Shown piece by piece: positions 56,582-64,000 of a stretch of 64,000 nucleotides of DNA. The stretch is from the human T2T-CHM13v2.0 reference genome, Homo sapiens. Position 1 is the stretch's first letter; every line of letters starts with the position of its first letter. A program made the position numbers and the translations under genes. The notes below the pieces were generated by a model. The model searched no databases, was not told where the DNA came from, and worked only from the letters and a program-made list of their open reading frames with translations. The stretch lies in the NCBI RefSeq assembly GCF_009914755.1, contig NC_060928.1. The stretch is one strand, 5' to 3'.

Positions 56582-59500
56582 CTGTGATAACAGAAAGAAA
56601 ATAGAGACAATAAAAATTCATTATAGTTCAACTTTATGTTTACTTACTATGTTCCTCTATGAAAATAGTTTATACTGCTAAATAACAGTGAGCAACTTAG
56701 ACCTTGAAAAGAACAGTAGGTTTTAATTTGCATATCCTCCCCCGCAAAAACCCAATCACAGAGTGAGGTTTAGACAAAGTTCTGCTGATGTTGACATTCA
56801 AGTGAGGATATCTTCCCACGGCATTTTATCCGGCTTATTGGCAATTTAAAACTTTGGTAGTGAAACACAAAGACTGGCTTTTAGATTTTAATATAACTAC
56901 TTTTAAAATAACCTTAACAATTTCTTAATGGCATGTTGTACAAGTAGCAACATTACTTTGGAAGACCTGATCATGGCTCTTTTCATTTACTAGCACCTCC
57001 CAGTGAAATAAAAAAATGGTGAATTGTACTTAGTAAGATTCCACCACTCATGAGCATCCTTCACTTACATTTGACTCACATGACCCCACTGGTGCATTAC
57101 CTCCATTACTCAAAAATATCTTACATCATTTACCTTTTTCCAACTTGAAAGTTGCTATTTATTTACTTTATTGTCTAAATTCTCAAATAAGATTCAATAT
57201 TGTGATATCTTTCAAGTGAAATTTTTCTGTAAATGACTTTATGCTTTTCTCTTTACTTAATCAATATTTATTGTGAACTTGTTTCATTAAATGAGATCAT
57301 GAAAAAGTCCATAGAATAGGACCTACCACATCAAAATAATGTTTCAGAAACTGTTCTAGATCCCTAAATGTATACAGATTTTAAGATAAACTCTTTGTCT
57401 TTGGGATGCCCACACTTTAAAAGGGGAAACAGACATGGAAACAAGTAGTTATTATATAGTGTGAATTGTGCCAAAATAAATTTGTACAAGAAGAGGGAGC
57501 ACTAAACTTTTTGAAGGGTTTTGTCAGGAGATTTTATTAAGAAAGTGACATGATTACAACTTTGAGGAATAAAAGCTCACCAGGTCAAAAAAAAAAAAAG
57601 GACAGAGAAAATAGCATGTGGGGCGTTGGGGGGAAGGGAGGAATGTGAAACAGGATTCATTACTAATAGGGGGTAAAAACATAAATAAAACATGACTTTT
57701 GTCCTCTAAGAATTTATTGTCTCAATATATGTTCAAGATTGCAAGTCTTTCACAAGACTGCAATTCTGGGAAGAGGATATGGTAGAGCTGGTGGACTGGG
57801 AGTCTCATAACCCAAAGTAAGCACCTGGAAATTTACTCTGGAGGAGGTGGAAAGCCAATAGAAAATTTTAATTAGATTGAAGAGTTTCGAAGATTTAGAA
57901 AAGTCACACAGATGTGAATGAGGATGGGGATTAAGGCAAGAGTGCAGACAGGTAGACCAGTTTAGAGGTCATATTGATGGTCCAGGAAGGAGACTGTGAG
58001 GACCTGAACTGAGGCTATGGAATGGGGTGGAGAGGAGGCGATGGATTTAGTTGTAGTTCTTGAACTTTGTTGAATGATTGATCAGCTGTGGGACAAGAAA
58101 AGGATTAATGGCCCACTTGTTTGGACGTCCAGGTAAATGACTGTGACTCCAGGCAAGATGAGGAATATTAAAGGAGAATAGTGTTTCCAATAAAGACATC
58201 AATATAGTTAATAAAGAGCAATTTGCTGTCCTTAGACTTGGGTCTGGGTCTGAACCAAATGAAAAGTATCTGTTTTACGGCCTTTCTCTTTGACTTATTT
58301 TATTTTAGTTGTGTCACTAATATCTGTTTATATGATTCTAATAAAGCAACTGTTAAGGTTAGAATTACATAACCTAGAAAAAAAATGAAAAAGTTACTAT
58401 GTACTCATGTGAAACACCATTCCTCTCACCCATAATCGAAGTCTCTATTTCCAAAATCTATGGCAATAAGTAGTTTGAGTATGTAGCTTGTGAATATTAT
58501 GGCTGCTGTAATTACTTTATTATTCCCATTCCTTTTCCCCCTTAGTTTTGTAGGTTTCATTACTATACTCTGATCCCTTCAAGAAGCACGAAATAACAAG
58601 AATCAAGTTTAATAAAATGTAAGGGGTTGATAGCCAAATATCACATTATGGTAGCACTGCATTGTTGTAAAGGGACTTTTTAAAAAATCATAGTCACATT
58701 TGATTTTAAAATAAGTTTCTTCTGCCTAGTGATTAGCTATTTTCAGTCTGATGTAACTGGAATGTTGCCTTCTGTCTAATGTGGAAGTTGAAATAAGTTT
58801 TACCAAATGCCCATTTATGTGTTTTGAAGTGTAGCTGGCAGGTACAGTATGCAGACACCAGCCAAGTGCAAAGGAAGTGAGGTTTACCCTAATTGCGGAA
58901 AAAAGGTCATAATAAAATAACAAAGTGTTCAGAAAATTGTTAAGAAATGTGTTGGTTAGGCTGTTGTGAAAAGCCTGTAATAAGCATAATAAATAAAACA
59001 AAATATATTAAGTGCATTCTTAATTATGCAAGAAACTTTGAGATTTTGACTATATTTTAGATATATTTGTTAGATGTATAAATGGTTTAAGCTTTGAAAA
59101 AGATTATTTAGATGACATTTAAATTCCCTAATGCCTTTAAAATTCCTATATGTTTCTCCTGATTTGTACATGACAATTTTTTGTTCATTTAAACCCGAAT
59201 GAGTTGGATGCTAAATGGAACCTTTCAACAGCATTTTTTTAGAAAAATAAATTTTATTGTGCATATTTAAAGGATATAACATGATGTTAAGGAATACATA
59301 TAGATAGTTCAGAGGTTTCTATAGTGAAACAAATTCACTTATCCTTTATCTCACCTAGTAACCATTTTTTGTTTGTTTTTGTGGCAACAGCAGCTAAAAT
59401 CTACTCATTTAGCATGAATCCTACATAGAATACAATTTTATTACCTATAGTCCTCATGTTGTACATTAGATCTCCAGACTTTCCATCCTACATATCTGCT

Positions 59501-60702
59501 ACTTTGTATCCTCTGGCTGACATCTCCCCATTTAATTGCCCCTATAACCACCATTTTGTTTGCATCTCTGTATTTTTTATTTTTTAAAAAATATTACACA
59601 TCTAAGAGATAATGCAATATTTTTCTCTCTGTTTCTGGCTTATGTCACTTAGCTAATATCCTCCAGGCTCATCCACGCATGGCAAATGGCAGGATCTTGG
59701 TTTTTTGGGGGGCTCAGGAAAATTCCATTGTATATATTTACCACAACTTCCTTATCCATCTGTCAATGGACACTTAGGCTGTTTCCGTATCTCAGCTATT
59801 GTGAATAATGCAGCAATGAATATGGGAGTGCAGATATCTTTACCAGATGACGATTTCATTTCCTTTGAGTATAAGCCCAGAAGAGAGATTGCTGAGTCGT
59901 ATGGTAGTTATATTTTTAATTTCTTTAGAAACCTCCATACTGTTTTTAAAAATGTCTGTACCAATCTACATTCTCAGCAACACTGTCCTAGGTTCCCTTT
60001 TCTCCATACCCTGGTCAACATTTGTTACCTTTTGACTTTTTGGTAATAGCCATCCTAAGGAGTGTGAGGTGGTATCTCATGTTAGTTTTAATTTACATTT
60101 TTTTGATGATTAATGATGTTGAGAACCTTTTCATATACTGTTGACCATTTTTATGTCTTCTTTAGAGAAATGTCTATTCAGGTCTTTTGCACATTTTTTA
60201 ATCAGGTTATTTTTCCCCACTATTGGGTTGTATGAGTTGTTTATAAATTGCAGATATTAACCCTTTCTCAGACATACGGTTGCAAATATTTTTCCCAATC
60301 TGTGGGCTGCTTTTTCATTTTATCAATTGTTTCTTTTGCTGTGTAGAAGCTTTTAAGTTTGATGTTGTTCTGCTTATTTATTTTTGCTTTTGTGGGTTGA
60401 GCTTTTGGTGTGATACCCAAAAAATCACTGCCAAGGCCAATGTCCAGGAGCTTTTACCCTATGTTCTCTTCTGAAAGTTTTGTAGTTTCTGGTCTTCTAT
60501 TTAGGTCTTTTATCCAATTTTGAGTTGTTTTTTTTTTTTTTTGTAAGGTGTAAGGTAGGTTTTAATTGCATTCTTTTGCATGTGGAAATCTTGTTTAATT
60601 TACCATACCAGTACCATTTATTGGTACCAATACCACTTATTCAGAAACTATCCTTTCCTTATTGTGTCCTTGTGATGCCCTTGTCAAAAATTAGTTGACC
60701 AC

Positions 60703-61003
60703 GGCCAGGCACAGTGGCTCATGCCTACAGTCCCAACACTTTGAAAGGCCAAAGTGGGTGGATCACTTCAGTCCAGGAGTTTCAGGCCAGCCTGGACAAC
60801 ATGGCAAAACTCTGTCTCTACAAAAAAAATACTTAAAAAAATAGTCAGTTGTGGTGGCACATGCCCGTAGTCCCAGATACTTAAGAGGCTGAGATGGGAA
60901 GATCACCTGAGCCCAGGAGGTCAAAGGAGCAGTGAGCTGTGATCATGCCCCTGCACTTCAGCTTGGGTGACAGAGTGAGACCCTGTCTCAAAAAAAAAAA
61001 AAA
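60703..61003 (+). mobile_element. AluJ
   Basis: gatcacctgagcccaggaggtcaaaggagcagtgagctgtgatc; TSD aaaaattagttgacca on both sides. Confidence 0.88.
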
Positions 61004-61854
61004 ATTAGTTGACCATATGTGTTTGGATTAATTTCTAAGCTCTCTACTTTGTTTTACTGCCCTGTTAGTCTTTATGCCAGCATCACACTGTTTTGATTAA
61101 CATAGCTTTGTAATACAATTTTAAATCAGAAAGTGTGATGCCTCAAACTTTTTCATTCTCAGAATTATTTTGGCTACTCAAGGTCTTTTATGGCTCCATA
61201 CAAACTTTGGGAGAATTTTTTTCTATTTCTATGAAGAATGCCAATGAGATTTCGATAGGGATTGTGTTAGATCTATATATTTCTTTGGCTAGTATGGACA
61301 TTTTAACAATAGTAATTCTGATTCAGAACATAGGATATCTTTCCATTTATTGGTATTGTCTTTATTTCTTTCGTATTTTGTAGTTTTGGCATACAGATCT
61401 TTCACTTCCTTGGTTAAATTTATCCTAGGTATATTACTTTTTAAATTTTTGATACTATTGGAAATAGAATTGTTTTCTTCATTTATTTTTCAATTAGGTT
61501 GTTATTTGTGTGTTGAAATAATACTGATTTCATATGTTGATTTTGTACCCCGCAACGTTATAAAATTCACTTATTAGTTCTAATAGTGTTTTGTGGCATC
61601 TTTGGGATTTATACATTTAAGATCATGTCAGAATAATTTTACTTCCTTTCTGATTTGGATACCATTTATTTCTTTTCCTTATATGACTGTTCTTGCCAGT
61701 AGTTCCAGTACTATGTTGAACAGAAGTGGCAAGAGTGGGCATTCTTGCTTTTTACAGATGTTGGTGGAAATGCATTCAGTTTTTCCCCACTGATTACGAT
61801 ATTGGTTGTAGGTTTTTCATAAATGGCATTTATTGGGTTGAGGAATTTCCTTTA

Positions 61855-62227
61855 TGATGTGGTTTGGCTGTGTCCCCATCCAAATCTCATCTTGAATTGT
61901 AGTTCCCATTATCCCTACATGTCATAGGAGGGACCTGGTGGGAGGTAACTGAATCATGGGGGTGGTTACCTCCATGCTGTTCTCATGATAGTGAGTGAGT
62001 TCTTATGAGATCTAATGGCTTTATAAGATGCTTTTCCCTGCCTTCACGCTGTACTTCTCCCTGCCATTGCCATGCGAAGGACATGCTTGCTTCACCTTCT
62101 GCCATGATTATAAGTTTCCTGAGGGCTCCCCAGCCCTGCAGAACTGTGAGTCAATTACACCTCTTCCCCTTATAAATTACTCAGTCTCAGGTATTTCTTC
62201 ATAGCAGTGTGAGAATGGACTAGTACA
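61855..62227 (+). mobile_element. THE1 (MaLR) solo LTR inserted in L1M
   Basis: tgatgtggtttggctgtgtccccatccaaatctcatcttgaattgtag...gagaatggactagtaca. Confidence 0.92.
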
Positions 62228-64000
62228 CCTTCTATTCCAAAACTGTTGAGAATTTTTATCAAGAAATAATGTTGAACTTTGTCAGAGATATTTTCAATAA
62301 AGATAATCATGAGGCTTTTATCTATCATTCTACTAATGTGATGCATCACATTGATTGATGTATGTATGTTAAACCAGCCTTGCATGCCAGAGTTAAATCC
62401 CACTTGATCATGATGTATAATATTTTTGATGTGTTGCTGGACTCAGTATATTTTATTGAGCATTTTTGCATCAATGTTTATCTAAGAAATTTGCTTGTAG
62501 GTTTTTTTTTTTTTCCTTGTGATGTCTTTGTCTTCTTAGGTATCAAGGTGATGCTGGCCTTGTAAAATGTGTTAGAAATCATTCCCTCTAGGTTTTTTTT
62601 TTTTTTTTTTTTTTTGCAAGAGTTTGGGAAGTATTGGTATCAATTCTTCTTTAAATATTTGGCAAAATTCAGCTGTGAAGCCATCTGGTCCTGGGCTTTT
62701 CTTTGTTGGAAATTAACAACCTTTTATCATACTTTGTATTGCATCTATTTTAAAAGATAAAATTGTGTTTGTTATTTAGTTCTTTTGAAGGTGGAAATGT
62801 TTGTTTTGCTGTATTTTCTTTCTTCATGTTAAAGTAAAATTGGAATAAAAATGAGAAATATACAACTCAAACCTACTCTTCCATGTAAGTAAACTTTTTA
62901 AAAGTTAAACAGAAAACGTCCGTATATCCTCTAAACTAGTGATGGGTTTTTATGATCAAAATAAATACAAGTTGACTGGGTTTAATTCTGGCTTTGCTAC
63001 TATCAGCAAGCTAGTTAAATTCTGTACTTCGATCTCCTCATCTGTAAAATGAAGAATAAAAGTCTTTCATGGCTTTGTCAGACCCAAAATAATACAAATA
63101 ATAAATACCAGTAAATAATTGGTGGATAGTCCTGTTTCTTTCAATCCCTAAAGCAAAGGGATTTGTTTTGTTCTGTTTTTGGTCTTTTCTTTAAATATAA
63201 TTCTTCAGATGACCTGACAGTTTATAGTTAAGAATATTTCTGTATTTTCTCCAGAGTAATCTGTATAATTACTGTTAAAGTTACTCACTAATATTATTTT
63301 TGTTTAAAATGTATAAAAATAAATGTTTCTGAATTTCTTGCAAAATGAACAAAATGATGTCTAGAAGCATAAACATAAAGAATATAAACCTATCAGTATT
63401 TACTACCCAAATTCTCCATTTTAGCTGCTTTAAGATATTAACCACTCAGCAGAATTAAAATCTTGATCTATAGTCTGAAGGTAAAAAAACACAGAATATT
63501 TAAAATAAAACCGATACATCTGTTAAAAAACTTGTGGGATTATGCTTTATCCATTAATAATTCTATGTGGACACCAAATAAAATGACATTGTTGTGACAT
63601 CACATTAATGTTGTAATGAGACATAAAATAACTATCATTATTATGTCCATATCATTAAAAAAATCTATTCAAATAAACAGAACACAGTACCTAAAGCCTT
63701 TTGGTAATTTAAATAGAAATAAAACTCGAATAGTCACAGTAATGGAGTACACATCAAAAGAGTCCAATTTAGTTCTGTGGATGGCAGTGGGATTCCCTTT
63801 GGGAGATCTCTTTCTATGGTAGGTCTATTGGCAATATTGGAAAGCATGAGTCAGAAACACTGGCAACGGGAGACAGATAGTAAAAAGCAGGGGCTACTTG
63901 TGTTGTTGCAGCATTTAAAATGATAGAGCCATCTAAGTCATGATGACACTGGTATTTTCATGAGGAGGCAAAATTTGCTTTGGACTCAATAAAAATTCCA

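Larger units (their letters stand above)
59240..62710 (-). mobile_element. Old L1M (L1MA-type) ORF2 3' region and 3' UTR
   Basis: Antisense L1 motifs throughout; minus ORF 62170-62403 [12 protein letters not shown] is an RT-region remnant. Confidence 0.88.

Noticed and set aside
56582-64000. TMPRSS11F exon 1 or promoter
   Set aside because: No convincing ATG-ATG-TAC-GC|gt first exon seen; the region is mostly repeats, so exon 1 is presumed beyond the window

Overview
Human genomic DNA (it carries a diagnostic AluYb8), recognisable as the 4q13 type II transmembrane serine protease cluster. The minus strand holds coding exons 2-10 of TMPRSS11F (HAT-like 4: TM anchor, SEA domain, trypsin-like protease with intact His/Asp/Ser triad). 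All nine exons have canonical AG acceptors (GT donors on exons 2-9) and consistent phases; exon 1 appears to lie beyond the right edge. Three gene-derived inserts lie on the minus strand: (1) an old NUMT (ND2 3' part, tRNA-Trp, tRNA-Ala) downstream of the gene; (2) the SYT14 retrocopy SYT14P1 in intron 8, with poly(A) tail, AATAAA, target-site duplication and a large internal gap that leaves two overlapping ORFs; (3) a decayed processed MATE/SLC47A pseudogene in intron 3 that looks like the rodent class III MATE rather than human MATE1/MATE2. The rest is mostly Alu, L1, L2/MIR and LTR elements, including a four-level nested insertion, an inverted and internally deleted L1, and young inverted L1 copies flanking exon 3. 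I found no convincing novel multi-gene system; the best leads are evolutionary fossils and possible RNA-processing effects on TMPRSS11F. Family assignments come from recalled sequences, not database searches.
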